64,000 nt of DNA from assembly GCA_937922785.1 (NCBI GenBank), contig CALAJQ010000018.1, positions 121,855 to 185,854 of the forward strand. Reading direction: 5' to 3'. A model generated the notes under the pieces. That model saw only the letters and a program-made list of their open reading frames with translations. It did not search any database and had not been told where the DNA came from. Shown piece by piece: positions 9,266-18,507 of the stretch. How positions within the stretch are numbered: the stretch's first letter is position 1; every line of letters begins with the position of its first letter. This DNA comes from an uncultured Acidimicrobiales bacterium (GTDB lineage: Bacteria; Actinomycetota; Acidimicrobiia; Acidimicrobiales; SZUA-35). A program made the translations under genes and the position numbers.

Positions 9266-10958
9266 GATAGTCCTTACTCGAACCCTGTCCCGCAAAGGAC
9301 GGGGTTCCTTCGTTTTCAGATTCTTTAGTCTGCGGGCTGGATAGCCAAGCCTCCAGCTCGCTGAATCCGCTGTCCAGTGCCTTAGCTCGGTCTCTTGCAG
9401 CCTCCAGCACATCGGGGTGGAGAAGTAGCTCATACTCTTCGCTTAGCTTCGCCCTGAGTTCGCCCTCTTCCCACCCAATGAACACGTTTTCAAAAAATGC
9501 TTGGTTGAGTTCACGTCGGAACTTAGCTCCGCTCTTCTTATAGAGCTTGGCGGGTTCGTCAGTCCTTGCGAGTGACCATTGGATGGCTGCTTCGATCGTT
9601 TCTAGCGTCACATCGGCCTGCACCAAGAGCGTTCGGGCGCTCGTCATTTCGTGTGTAATGCGAGTCTGTTCTTCCTTTAGGTGATCAAGTGATATGGCGT
9701 CGGCGTAGTGAGCCTGAAGCAGTTTTGTGCGTTCTGCTTTGAGCTGCTTCAGCCGCTGCTGTTGGCGGTCTTGTTCGTCGGAGCTATCCCTGAGGTGCGC
9801 AGTGATTTCGTTAACGAGGAAGTCTTCGAGTTGTTGGCGAGTCTCAGGGTCCAGGGTCATTCGTTCTTCAATGGCCTTGATCACGCCGATCTCGGCATCG
9901 GAGATCCTGACAGCACGCTTGTCGCACGTGTTCCGTTTTTCGTGTCGCCCTGAGCAAACGAAGTACTTGTAGGTCTTGCCGTGCCGATTCTTAGTGATAT
10001 GGATGATCATGCGGCTCTCACAGCCAATACAGAAGACAGTGCCTTTGAGGTAATGCCGGTGTGTTCGCTGCCGCTCGCCGGATTGCTTCTTGGCAGTTAG
10101 GACGTTCTGCACCTTGTTGAACAATTCTTCACTTATCAGTGGTTCGTGTGTGCCCTGGTACTTGACGCCTTTGTAGGTGACGATTCCGATGTAGTAATCG
10201 TTCTTCAACAGTCGGTTGAAGTTGCCAAGAGACAGCGGCTTCTCTGGCCTCTTTGGTCCACCAATTGAAGTCAGCCCCTTGTCTGTGACAGCCACGAGAA
10301 GTCTGCGGACTGACCACTCGCCGGTGGCGTACTGCTCAAAGGCCCAGCGCATGAGAGGGGCTCTAAATTCATCTAGTTCGACGGTCCGCACTTCTCGGTG
10401 ATTCTCGATTCTGCGGATGTTGCGGTAGCCAGTTGGTGCCTTGCCGATCGTTCCACCAGCCATGGCCTTCTGCGTGGTGCCCTTAACGACTTCGTTTGCC
10501 AGGTTACGGCTGTAGAACTCAGCGATTGAAGACATGATGCCGTGCATCAAGGTTCCGCTTGGGGTTTCGTCGATGTTCTCGGTGCATGAGACGAGAGTTG
10601 CTCCAGCTGTCTTGATTGCGACATTGATCTCAACGTCATCGACGCGATTTCTGGCCAGGCGATCGAGTTTGTGGACGATCACGAAGGTGGTTGGGTTGTC
10701 GGCCAGGTAGGTCAGCATTCGCTGTAGTTCTGGTCGGGCTGCGGACTTGGCGCTTTCACCGCGATCCACGAACTCATCGACAATAGTTGCACCGAGGGTT
10801 TCGGCCTTGCGTTCGCAGGCTTGCCTTTGGGCTGGAATAGAAAATCCTTCTTCTCGGCCTCCACGTTCAGCCTGTTCCTTTGTCGAAACTCTTAGATAAA
10901 AAACGGCCCGCGTGGTGCCGTCAAATTCAAGTTCTCGACCACCCTGATCGTCGGTCAT
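9222..10958 (-). CDS. Large serine recombinase (integrase)
   Basis: YLRVST catalytic motif, HKLDRLARN, recombinase domain, zinc ribbon (CxxC...C...C), coiled coil; last 13 codons lie antisense to the tRNA. Confidence 0.95.
   Translation of the reverse strand: MTDDQGGRELEFDGTTRAVFYLRVSTKEQAERGGREEGFSIPAQRQACERKAETLGATIVDEFVDRGESAKSAARPELQRMLTYLADNPTTFVIVHKLDRLARNRVDDVEINVAIKTAGATLVSCTENIDETPSGTLMHGIMSSIAEFYSRNLANEVVKGTTQKAMAGGTIGKAPTGYRNIRRIENHREVRTVELDEFRAPLMRWAFEQYATGEWSVRRLLVAVTDKGLTSIGGPKRPEKPLSLGNFNRLLKNDYYIGIVTYKGVKYQGTHEPLISEELFNKVQNVLTAKKQSGERQRTHRHYLKGTVFCIGCESRMIIHITKNRHGKTYKYFVCSGRHEKRNTCDKRAVRISDAEIGVIKAIEERMTLDPETRQQLEDFLVNEITAHLRDSSDEQDRQQQRLKQLKAERTKLLQAHYADAISLDHLKEEQTRITHEMTSARTLLVQADVTLETIEAAIQWSLARTDEPAKLYKKSGAKFRRELNQAFFENVFIGWEEGELRAKLSEEYELLLHPDVLEAARDRAKALDSGFSELEAWLSSPQTKESENEGTPSFAGQGSSKDYLVGAEGLEPPTLSV
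9241..9284. other. Predicted attL of the integrated element
   Basis: Inverted repeat GGTTCGAGT (9241-9249) / ACTCGAACC (9276-9284) centred on AC 9262-9263; CCAC core (9260-9263) shared with the right end. Confidence 0.7.
9280..9316 (+). terminator. Intrinsic terminator for the tRNA, supplied by the element
   Basis: GAACCCTGTCC-CGCAAA-GGACGGGGTTC hairpin followed by CTTCGTTTT. Confidence 0.7.
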
Positions 10959-11623
10959 GTCGCCTCCAGGAGATGGACCGCTGCTGTCGGTTGGTTCCTT
11001 CTGAAGGTCATGCCAGACGGGCCAGCAGGGTAGCGGACAGCGTGACGGGGAGCGATCCGTTGGCGCCGCTCGATTAGTCCGATCTCCTCAAGCCTGCGGC
11101 GCATGGCGACTTGGCTGACGTCAAAGGCGTTAGCTAGAGCTGCAAGATCATGAACACCTTCTCCCCAAAGACGCTTCACCCAGCGCTTCGGCATCAGTAG
11201 ACAAGCTGCGAAGTAGTCGCAAATAGCCTCCATCTGACGATTTGCATCAGACCGACTTCGAACCTCCTTGTAGGCGGAGGCGAGTTGGGGCGCATCGAGA
11301 ACATGCTTCATTTCATGAGCCAGAGTGAATCGCTGTCTGACTTCAGCCTCGTCGCTCCGTATCGAAATTTGCCATGACCCTGCACTCCATTCTGTGACAC
11401 CCGAAGCTTGGAGTTTGCTGTCTTCCATCACAGTGATACGGGGAAGCTTTGAAAAGGCGGCTGTATCGAAGAAAGGACTTGAATCGCCAAAGTGCATACG
11501 GACACGCGCTGCCTGAAGCTCTGCCACTCGGTAGGCCTCGTGGACTTGGATTGATCTCCTCGGCATGAGGGCTCTCAAGCCCGACACGAGACTGCCCTTC
11601 GTTTGTTGGGTTGTTCTTGTCAT
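10955..11623 (-). CDS. ImmA/IrrE family metallopeptidase (anti-repressor)
   Basis: RQRFTLAHEMKH, E..CDYFAACLLMP, FDVS..AM..RL motifs; ATGA-coupled to xre and integrase. Confidence 0.92.
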   Translation of the reverse strand: MTRTTQQTKGSLVSGLRALMPRRSIQVHEAYRVAELQAARVRMHFGDSSPFFDTAAFSKLPRITVMEDSKLQASGVTEWSAGSWQISIRSDEAEVRQRFTLAHEMKHVLDAPQLASAYKEVRSRSDANRQMEAICDYFAACLLMPKRWVKRLWGEGVHDLAALANAFDVSQVAMRRRLEEIGLIERRQRIAPRHAVRYPAGPSGMTFRRNQPTAAVHLLEAT

Positions 11624-11991
11624 CTTGCTCCTCCTTCCGAGTTTGGTTTGTTGCTTTTCTTCGTGATTCGCTTTACAGCTCTCTCAACGGCTTCAATCTG
11701 GTCGTCTTCTAGTTCGTATTTGGCCCTGAAATATGTCGGCAGCGATGGGAGGCCGGGGCCGACACCGTTGGTTTGCCATGCCAGTTCGTATAGATCCTCT
11801 GGCTCAACTTCAAGAGCCTCGGCGAGTTGGTTCAAAATCTCAGCTCTCGGCTCATCGACTGCACCGTCCTCAAGCCTGTAGATGTGAGAACGGGCGATTC
11901 CAGTTCTACGGCTCAGCTCTACGGCGCTGATTCCAGCTTCAGTTCTGATTCGTCTGAGGGCTTGCCCAAAGGCTTCTGTCATGGTGAGCAC
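11620..11991 (-). CDS. XRE family HTH repressor (ImmR-like)
   Basis: FGQALRRIR..AGIS..ELSRRTGIARSHIYRLE.G HTH. Confidence 0.9.
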   Translation of the reverse strand: MLTMTEAFGQALRRIRTEAGISAVELSRRTGIARSHIYRLEDGAVDEPRAEILNQLAEALEVEPEDLYELAWQTNGVGPGLPSLPTYFRAKYELEDDQIEAVERAVKRITKKSNKPNSEGGAR

Positions 11992-12008
11992 CTTTCACTT
12001 ACTTGATG

Positions 12009-12041
12009 TGTCTATTGTCCCATCCAATGGGACAATAGACA
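12009..12041. promoter_or_regulatory. Palindromic operator overlapping the xre promoter
   Basis: Perfect 15-bp IR TGTCTATTGTCCCAT-cca-ATGGGACAATAGACA; minus strand TTGTCT-N17-GACAAT promoter-like. Confidence 0.8.
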
Positions 12042-12076
12042 AGGTTGACTTTGATGTGGAATCGTCAACGCTCCGC

Positions 12077-12661
12077 TCAGCAAGCGTCGAAGACATAGAC
12101 ACCACCATCTGCCCAGATCGTTTCTAGATCGGCGCTCATGTGGGCTCCGAGCGCCTCGTAGTCGATGCTCACGAACGGTCGTATCCATTCGACACCGAGT
12201 TCTTCCGGTCGCATTCCAAGATCGTCAATCATGTCGGCCGCATACTCAGCTAGGTCCTTCCAGTGCCCGCGGTATCGTTCGGTGAAGGATGACAGCTCGT
12301 CTGCTTCATCCATGATGGACTGGACCCAATGCCCGAAGGCTGGTCCATGCTCGACTATGCCTGCGGCAACTTCTGCGATACGGCCAATCGACTCATACTC
12401 GTGCGGGTTGAATCCGCCGAAGCCTTGATAGTCGTGGATGGCCCACTCTTCGGCTGGTCCGGTTACTGATCGCTTTAGTATTGATTGAATCTCGTCTGCA
12501 ATGTGATCTTCGCCGAGCGTTGCGTCAATCCAGTCGCCTGTCAGGTATCCAGCGTTGTAGTCTCCCAGACTTCTGACGAACACTTCAGCATGCCCATCCG
12601 GAACCTCCTGTTCTTGTCTTTCGTCACCTCCCTCCAGGGGGATCTTGTTTTCAATGGTCAT
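12077..12661 (-). CDS. ardA: Antirestriction protein ArdA
   Basis: Highly acidic; YNAG.L.G.WID, EEWAIHDY.GF, IDYEALG motifs. Confidence 0.88.
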   Translation of the reverse strand: MTIENKIPLEGGDERQEQEVPDGHAEVFVRSLGDYNAGYLTGDWIDATLGEDHIADEIQSILKRSVTGPAEEWAIHDYQGFGGFNPHEYESIGRIAEVAAGIVEHGPAFGHWVQSIMDEADELSSFTERYRGHWKDLAEYAADMIDDLGMRPEELGVEWIRPFVSIDYEALGAHMSADLETIWADGGVYVFDAC

Positions 12662-12687
12662 CTTTAGTTCCTTTCTTTGTTAGCTCT

Positions 12688-13692
12688 TTAAGCAGCCCGA
12701 CGGCTTGGGTTCGGCTGACCTCTCGCTTGATCCAGTCGTTCACGGGCAAGAGCTGCGAAGTCGGGGTTGAGTTCAATCCCTAGCCAGTGCCTGTTCAGCC
12801 GTTCGGCAGCGACGCCTACGGTGCCAGATCCAAAGAACGGGTCTAGGACGATTCCTGGCTTCCAGCTGGTGGATGGGCAAGTGCATCTCTGTTCGAGTTT
12901 GTCGGTCACGGCGAGTGCGCCAAGACCTTTGGTCCGCTCCCGGGTCCAGGGGGATCCGCATGATGCGCAGACGCGTTCAGGGCAAGCCGCCAGTAGGGGA
13001 GTCCGAACCAGGCTTTCTGGGAAGGTCGCGAAGTGAGCTCCCCGGAAGTTAGAAGTAGCTAGCTGCCACACGTCACCCGGATTCTTGCCTAGCGGATGTC
13101 CGGTGAGCCCGCCTGCCTTCAGCGCCTGAAGGCCTCTGTTGTCACCGGCTAGTGGGCCGACCCAGGCCTGGGGCATCTGGCTGTGTGAGCGGCTCTTTGA
13201 GCGCTTCGACCGGTGGGGCACTCTAACGGCATCGAGATCGAAGAAGTAGTCCTTTGAGCGGGTCAGAAAGTAGACGTACTCATGCGTGCAGCTCAGCCTG
13301 TCTCGGACGCTGTTGGGCATCGGATTAGTCTTGGCCCAGATCACCTTGTTGCGAACTATCCACCCGTCGCTAGCGAGCTTGAGCAATAGCCGTTCCGGTC
13401 CGAGCAGCAGACCCTTGGCTGGGGCTCCACTCCTTGAGTCACGTGAATAACTGTCGCCGAGATTGAGCCAAACCGACCCGGTTTGCTTCAGTATTCGGGC
13501 AATCTGAATGAAGGCTCGTTGCATCTCGGTTGCCCAGCCTTCGATATGATCTTCGAGCCCGATTTGCTCCTTCTTGCCATAGTTGCGGAGCCGAAAGTAG
13601 GGCGGACTCGTTACCACCACGTCTACCGATTGATCAGGTAGGTCAGCTAGTCGTTGCCTTACATCTCCTATGAGTATTTGATTCGTTGTCAT
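12688..13692 (-). CDS. Orphan N4-C/N6-A DNA methyltransferase (beta class)
   Basis: VTSPPY motif IV, HFATFP, VLDPFFGSGT motif I, GIELNP. Confidence 0.93.
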   Translation of the reverse strand: MTTNQILIGDVRQRLADLPDQSVDVVVTSPPYFRLRNYGKKEQIGLEDHIEGWATEMQRAFIQIARILKQTGSVWLNLGDSYSRDSRSGAPAKGLLLGPERLLLKLASDGWIVRNKVIWAKTNPMPNSVRDRLSCTHEYVYFLTRSKDYFFDLDAVRVPHRSKRSKSRSHSQMPQAWVGPLAGDNRGLQALKAGGLTGHPLGKNPGDVWQLATSNFRGAHFATFPESLVRTPLLAACPERVCASCGSPWTRERTKGLGALAVTDKLEQRCTCPSTSWKPGIVLDPFFGSGTVGVAAERLNRHWLGIELNPDFAALARERLDQARGQPNPSRRAA

Positions 13693-14672
13693 TGTTCACC
13701 TCCTTCGATGAGTTCAGTTTCATTTCCCGCGACTGCCACACTAAAAAGCTGCGAGTGCCAATCCGGCATGTCCTGGATAAGGCTTCTGAGCATGCCGGCC
13801 CTGTCTTGGTCAAGTACTACCCAAACGACGTTTGGGAATGCCTCGCCCTGTTCTTGTTCCACTCCAGCGTCGAAGGCATCCGCATAGGCTTGGAGTTTCC
13901 GCCTGAGCGTCGGGGCGTGCTCAGTGCTGCGGTCAACTTCTATGAAGCTCGCTTGTTCGTACACTGCACCGCTAACGCGGACGAAGGCGTCAGGCTTGAG
14001 GATCTTGGCGCCGCGGCTGTCAACTGTTTGACGCCAGGCAGCCGGTTCACCTTGGAAGCTAATCAGCTTGATCCCAGAGCCTCTCTCACTTTCTCTCAGG
14101 CGAACGTAGACTTCGGCGACCGCCAGCACGTGGTCCTGAAACTGTGGTGATGGTTCCCAAGGTCGTCGTCGCCGAGAGCCGCCCGCTGGCCCCGGCGAGC
14201 TAAGCAGCGCCTGGCCTGCCGCATCTAGCGCGTATACGAAGCCCGATGAGCCAGCGTGCACTCCGCCTATCCGCCGGTCCAGTCGTTTGATAAGACCGGA
14301 GTCTGAAAGTCTTCTCAGAACTCGTCGACTCTTTCGAGCCTGAGTTTGAACCGATCCTGAATGAAAGTGCAGCCGTTGGATCTGCGTTGCCTGAAGAAGT
14401 CGGACCCGGTCTAGATCTAACAAGATCTTGATGTCGCGTTCGGAGACCAGTGCTCGCATGCGAGCAACATGGGCTGCCGTTGCCCGGCGGCTCACAGTGG
14501 TACTCCTAGGGACATAAGAGTCCTTGGCGCTACAGGGCACCCGGCCACCTGTATCCAGGCGAAACGCTTGAGGCTCACCGAGGCGAGCGGCAGTGCGATC
14601 GGTACGCCCCTCATGTTGACTTTCTCCGGCGACCACCCGACTTGGCTTCGCCCCCTGGCGACCGTCGGTCAT
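13689..14672 (-). CDS. Replication-relaxation family protein (true start may be downstream, ~14490)
   Basis: QIQRLHF, R.L.RL...GLI.R, HVLAVAEVYVRL, KPDA, FIEVDRSTE motifs. Confidence 0.85.
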   Translation of the reverse strand: MTDGRQGAKPSRVVAGESQHEGRTDRTAARLGEPQAFRLDTGGRVPCSAKDSYVPRSTTVSRRATAAHVARMRALVSERDIKILLDLDRVRLLQATQIQRLHFHSGSVQTQARKSRRVLRRLSDSGLIKRLDRRIGGVHAGSSGFVYALDAAGQALLSSPGPAGGSRRRRPWEPSPQFQDHVLAVAEVYVRLRESERGSGIKLISFQGEPAAWRQTVDSRGAKILKPDAFVRVSGAVYEQASFIEVDRSTEHAPTLRRKLQAYADAFDAGVEQEQGEAFPNVVWVVLDQDRAGMLRSLIQDMPDWHSQLFSVAVAGNETELIEGGEQ

Positions 14673-16743
14673 AGAGCTCGGCTTCGACCTGGGCTCCCTC
14701 GAGCCCGTAGCGGAAGCGACTTATGGCTCGGACCTTGGCAGGGTCAACTAGTGGCTTCGGTAGCTCCAGCGTTCGTATGCTGCCAGGCCCGTTTGCCGAC
14801 ACTGTACGAACGTAAGCACCGTAGGTCGGAAGCCCCTGAAGGTCTGGAGCTCGCAAGCCACCGCCAAGGTGGTTAGCTAGAACTGCGCCGTCCTCAACGT
14901 TCGTGCGGAAGACCACCCGAGATCTAGCATTTGCCAGGACGGCGGCTTTGGTAGAAGGCGACAACTGGCCGAGATGCTGATGAGCGATTGTGAGGCCGAC
15001 TCCAAGGCTCCGAGCCTCTGCCAGAACGTCGGATAAGTCGGTTGTTAGGTGAGTGAATTTCTGGAACTCATCGACGTAAACCATGACGGGGTGCCGCCTG
15101 TCTGCATTGATCGCGCTGCGGGCTTGTGTGGCTCGCCAGACCTCGGCCACGACTAGACTTCCGATCAGTCCAGACACGTTCGGGCCCAACAAACCCGGCC
15201 TTAGTTGAACCAGAAGAATCTTGCGCTGGGTAAATACGTCGTTAACAGAGAACGTTGGTTCGCTCTGGCCAAGTGTTCGTCGAAGCGAAGCGCGCATCGC
15301 GAATGGGCGAACCTTGTTGAGCACTGGAGAAACAACTTGAAGTCGTTCGGCAGTTGACAGCGAGTTGAACCACGTCCAAAACTCACCGAGCTGAGGGTCG
15401 TCGGCTAGACGACTAGTAGCCGTCCTGCGAAAACGCTCATTGGTGAGGAGGGCTGGAAGCTCGGCCAAGGTTAGCTTGGGGGAGCGGGCCAGGGTCAGGA
15501 CAGCGGTGTTGAGGACGTCCTCAGTTCTCGGCCCCCATGACTCCTTGTTTAGTGACTTGATTAGAAATACAACCGAGTCAGCGCTGAGTTCGGCCGAAGC
15601 TGACGCCCTGAGAATATTGAGGCCGACAGGCCGCTCTATGTCTGATGGATCTAGAACAACAACATCACAAAGACGGTGTTGTGGAATACGGGCCAGAACG
15701 TCGTCAACTAAGTCGCCTTTGGGTTCGATCAGGATTACGCCCCGGCCCGCTTCGATGTCTTGGACCGCGAGCCGAGCGATGACCGTGCTCTTCCCAGATC
15801 CGGTCGGGCCAACGATGTGCAAGTGTTGCAAGGCATCTTTGGGGCTCAGTGTCACCAGTCCACCTCTGCCTGCATAGGTTGCCTCACCGAGAACACGGGC
15901 GCTATCGGCTCTTGAAGGACGCAGCTCTGAGGCGGCAAATGGAAGAACTCGGGTTCCGCTGTAGGTAACGCCTCGAACAACTGGTGCACCTACCGGCCAT
16001 GCGATGAGTTGCGACAGTTCAGCTGCATTCAGCGCGCATGGCCATTCAAACCAGGGCGGCCGCATTCCTTCCATGCGCCGATCAACAAACCACGAAGGCC
16101 AGAACCGACGACGAAGCCTGACGCCCGGTCTGCTAATGATGTTCAATGCTCCCAAAGAGGCGCTCATGAGTCTGAGCTGACGACTGGAGCCGTGAGCGCG
16201 AACAGCTATACGACCAACAGCGCCAACTACCGGCGAAACCTGTTTCCTCGCAATTTCTGTGGGGGTGAAAGATTGACGTCGGTCGGTTCTAGAGACTTCA
16301 GGTAGGCGGTAGGGGAGAAGCGGGCCAACTACCCATTGCATCTCTAAATCTTCGCCGCTCCGAAGCGTCTCAGTCGTCGCAAGAAAGGTAGCAGCTAAAC
16401 CCTGAGCCCGATCCGTGTGAAACGGCAAACGCACGCCACTCATTCCTAGCTCTATAGCCCTGCGTTTCGTCTCGGACTGGTTTCCGCTGGTTGGCTTTTT
16501 AGTATCGATCGCTGCTACGCCAACTGCTGGGAGATGGGCTCGAAGTAACGAAACCAGCGAGGTCGCGGTTCGCTCATCGGCTGTGATCGTCCAGCAAACT
16601 TCACTTGGCGAGGCTTTCACGGAAAAGACGATGTGTGGGACTCGCCCTCTTGGTTGAGCACTCAGCCCAACGAGGAAGGACTCGATCTGATCAGCATCTA
16701 GATCGTTAGGAAAGCTAAGCCTGAAAGCAGTCATGCCTTTCAT
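14611..16743 (-). CDS. VirD4/TraD-like coupling ATPase
   Basis: Walker A GPTGSGKS, EPKGDL, YVDEFQ Walker B, EARSLGVGLTIAHQ. Confidence 0.9.
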   Translation of the reverse strand: MKGMTAFRLSFPNDLDADQIESFLVGLSAQPRGRVPHIVFSVKASPSEVCWTITADERTATSLVSLLRAHLPAVGVAAIDTKKPTSGNQSETKRRAIELGMSGVRLPFHTDRAQGLAATFLATTETLRSGEDLEMQWVVGPLLPYRLPEVSRTDRRQSFTPTEIARKQVSPVVGAVGRIAVRAHGSSRQLRLMSASLGALNIISRPGVRLRRRFWPSWFVDRRMEGMRPPWFEWPCALNAAELSQLIAWPVGAPVVRGVTYSGTRVLPFAASELRPSRADSARVLGEATYAGRGGLVTLSPKDALQHLHIVGPTGSGKSTVIARLAVQDIEAGRGVILIEPKGDLVDDVLARIPQHRLCDVVVLDPSDIERPVGLNILRASASAELSADSVVFLIKSLNKESWGPRTEDVLNTAVLTLARSPKLTLAELPALLTNERFRRTATSRLADDPQLGEFWTWFNSLSTAERLQVVSPVLNKVRPFAMRASLRRTLGQSEPTFSVNDVFTQRKILLVQLRPGLLGPNVSGLIGSLVVAEVWRATQARSAINADRRHPVMVYVDEFQKFTHLTTDLSDVLAEARSLGVGLTIAHQHLGQLSPSTKAAVLANARSRVVFRTNVEDGAVLANHLGGGLRAPDLQGLPTYGAYVRTVSANGPGSIRTLELPKPLVDPAKVRAISRFRYGLEGAQVEAELYDRRSPGGEAKSGGRRRKST

Positions 16744-16904
16744 GCAGCGTCCTCTGATGGGCTTGAGTTACTGGACTCATCAGCAACCTCGGTTAGAGCT
16801 AGTTCGATGATGGCTCTGGCCAACCTGCGAATTTCTGGCTCTTTATGTGGCCGTACACGAACTACAAGTTTCGGGTTCTGCTTTGGTTTCTTCTTCCGCG
16901 GCAC
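16740..16904 (-). CDS. Small basic hypothetical protein (54 aa)
   Basis: GAAAGGAGG RBS before GTG 16904; ATGA overlap with the ATPase gene. Confidence 0.65.
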   Translation of the reverse strand: MPRKKKPKQNPKLVVRVRPHKEPEIRRLARAIIELALTEVADESSNSSPSEDAA

Positions 16905-17031
16905 TGAGGGCCTCCTTTCGTTATCTGAGTGCCGCAAGTGATGATTGCCAGAACCGGCGGACTTACGGTTCTGATTGCCTCGGACCCGACGTGTCTCTTT
17001 CAACGAGACAGTCCAGGACTGGTGCCTAGTA

Positions 17032-17050
17032 TGTCCCATTAAATGGGACA
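17032..17050. promoter_or_regulatory. Second operator copy, in the transfer-operon promoter
   Basis: TGTCCCAT-taa-ATGGGACA between minus-strand TTGACT and CATACT hexamers. Confidence 0.8.
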
Positions 17051-17145
17051 GTCAAGGGAGGTCGTAGATTCCACAACAGCGACCGGAACGGGGGCCGATC
17101 TGTGAGCTAGCAACGCATGTCCCTGCCAATGACTACTGCTCGACG

Positions 17146-17349
17146 TCACCAGCGCTCACGTTCGAACCGGGCGATTCGGACAAAGACTCCCAGGGCAACA
17201 GCTCCAGCGATCCACGAGACGTAGGGCGTTAACAGCGCGACCGACAGATGTAGAAGCCAGATAACCGCCAGCAGGAGACCAAGGCCACCCATGGCATTGA
17301 GGAACAGCCTCCAAAGAGCGTCTGAGATTCTGCCCCTGCTGTCGCTCAA
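17146..17349 (-). CDS. Small 2-TM membrane protein
   Basis: Two hydrophobic helices; last gene of an overlapping small-ORF chain. Confidence 0.6.
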   Translation of the reverse strand: MSDSRGRISDALWRLFLNAMGGLGLLLAVIWLLHLSVALLTPYVSWIAGAVALGVFVRIARFERERW

Positions 17350-17451
17350 CTCGTCGCCTCTAGACTACGAATCTGAACTGCACTAGGCGCAACCGGCAGT
17401 CTCAAGATGGGGCCGATGATCGTGTCGGTCAGTGATCTGGGCGTGATTGGA

Positions 17452-17769
17452 TCAGAAGCCATTTGTGTCCTCGCAGGCCGAGTCAACCTCAATGAAGTCG
17501 CCCTGGTTCGTCCTCCTAGCCGTCGAGGCAAGCCAGAGCCGGCGCTTAGCTTCAGCGCCTACAAGGTCCAGAAGATCCCCGTGCTGAACGTTTCCGTACT
17601 CAGGGTCACTTGCGTCGTCGTCAGGACTGACACGCCCGCCACGGGTTTCTCTGAGCTTTGAACGTAACCAGGAAAGCGGGCGCCGCAAGAAGGCTGTCAA
17701 ATTCGGAGCGACCAGTACTAATAGGATCCCGGCCTGCACGCAGGTCTGGATGAGTTGGTGATGCATCAC
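17452..17769 (-). CDS. Small hypothetical protein
   Basis: GTGA overlap with the upstream ORF; N-terminal hydrophobic stretch. Confidence 0.5.
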   Translation of the reverse strand: MMHHQLIQTCVQAGILLVLVAPNLTAFLRRPLSWLRSKLRETRGGRVSPDDDASDPEYGNVQHGDLLDLVGAEAKRRLWLASTARRTNQGDFIEVDSACEDTNGF

Positions 17770-18014
17770 TGCCTCCGACCGTTCATGCGCCTGTTGACCG
17801 CCTGCTCAAGCATTAGCTCGAAGGTGATTCGGGTTAAGTCATTGATCCGGCGTTCAGAATCGACCTGGACCTGCCGGGTCGCAATCCGCTGATTGCGGGC
17901 CTGAATCTCCATGTGCCGGAAGCGACTGCGGCCAGCCCAGTCGGTTCGAAAGAACCAGCTGGTAAGCCAAGCGAGTCCCGCCAGTAGAGCGACGGCCGCA
18001 ATGATGAACTCCAT
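17766..18014 (-). CDS. Small TM + coiled-coil protein
   Basis: ATG 18014 directly after the previous stop; MEFIIAAVALLAGLAWL TM then helical region. Confidence 0.6.
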   Translation of the reverse strand: MEFIIAAVALLAGLAWLTSWFFRTDWAGRSRFRHMEIQARNQRIATRQVQVDSERRINDLTRITFELMLEQAVNRRMNGRRQ

Positions 18015-18015
18015 G

Positions 18016-18363
18016 TCAGCGGACCTCACGGATGGTGTCGTCGATGACGGCGCCGAGACCAAGGGTTAACTTCTGAGATAAATAGGCAACCGAGTGAATA
18101 GCTCCTGGCTCCATCTCAACTACGGCTCGCTGGGCTGCACTTAGAGCTGCCTCAGCGTTGATGGCCGCCATGCCGACGCTAGCAACAGCGTTTACTTTGA
18201 CGTGGCCAAGTTCTGCTTCCAGATGAACTGCGTGGGCTTGTAAATCTGCTGACCGGTCCAGACTTGCACGGGCCCGCTCGTGGGGACTGGTTGCAGCTCG
18301 GCCGAACCGGCGAGGCTGCACACCCAAATTGGGCTTCTTTGATTGCTTAACTAGATCCGACAT
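18016..18363 (-). CDS. Small helical hypothetical protein
   Basis: 115-aa Ala-rich ORF heading the small-gene chain. Confidence 0.6.
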   Translation of the reverse strand: MSDLVKQSKKPNLGVQPRRFGRAATSPHERARASLDRSADLQAHAVHLEAELGHVKVNAVASVGMAAINAEAALSAAQRAVVEMEPGAIHSVAYLSQKLTLGLGAVIDDTIREVR

Positions 18364-18507
18364 CTGCTTGTCTACTCCATCTGAACCGGTGTCACTCCCA
18401 GGCGGTCTGAGACTGACGGTCCGGCTCAGATCTGACTATGAGGCAGAGGGTGGTCACTCATCTGGGGGTGCACCTGGTCGAGTTCTGGGGTATTTCTATT
18501 TATTGCT

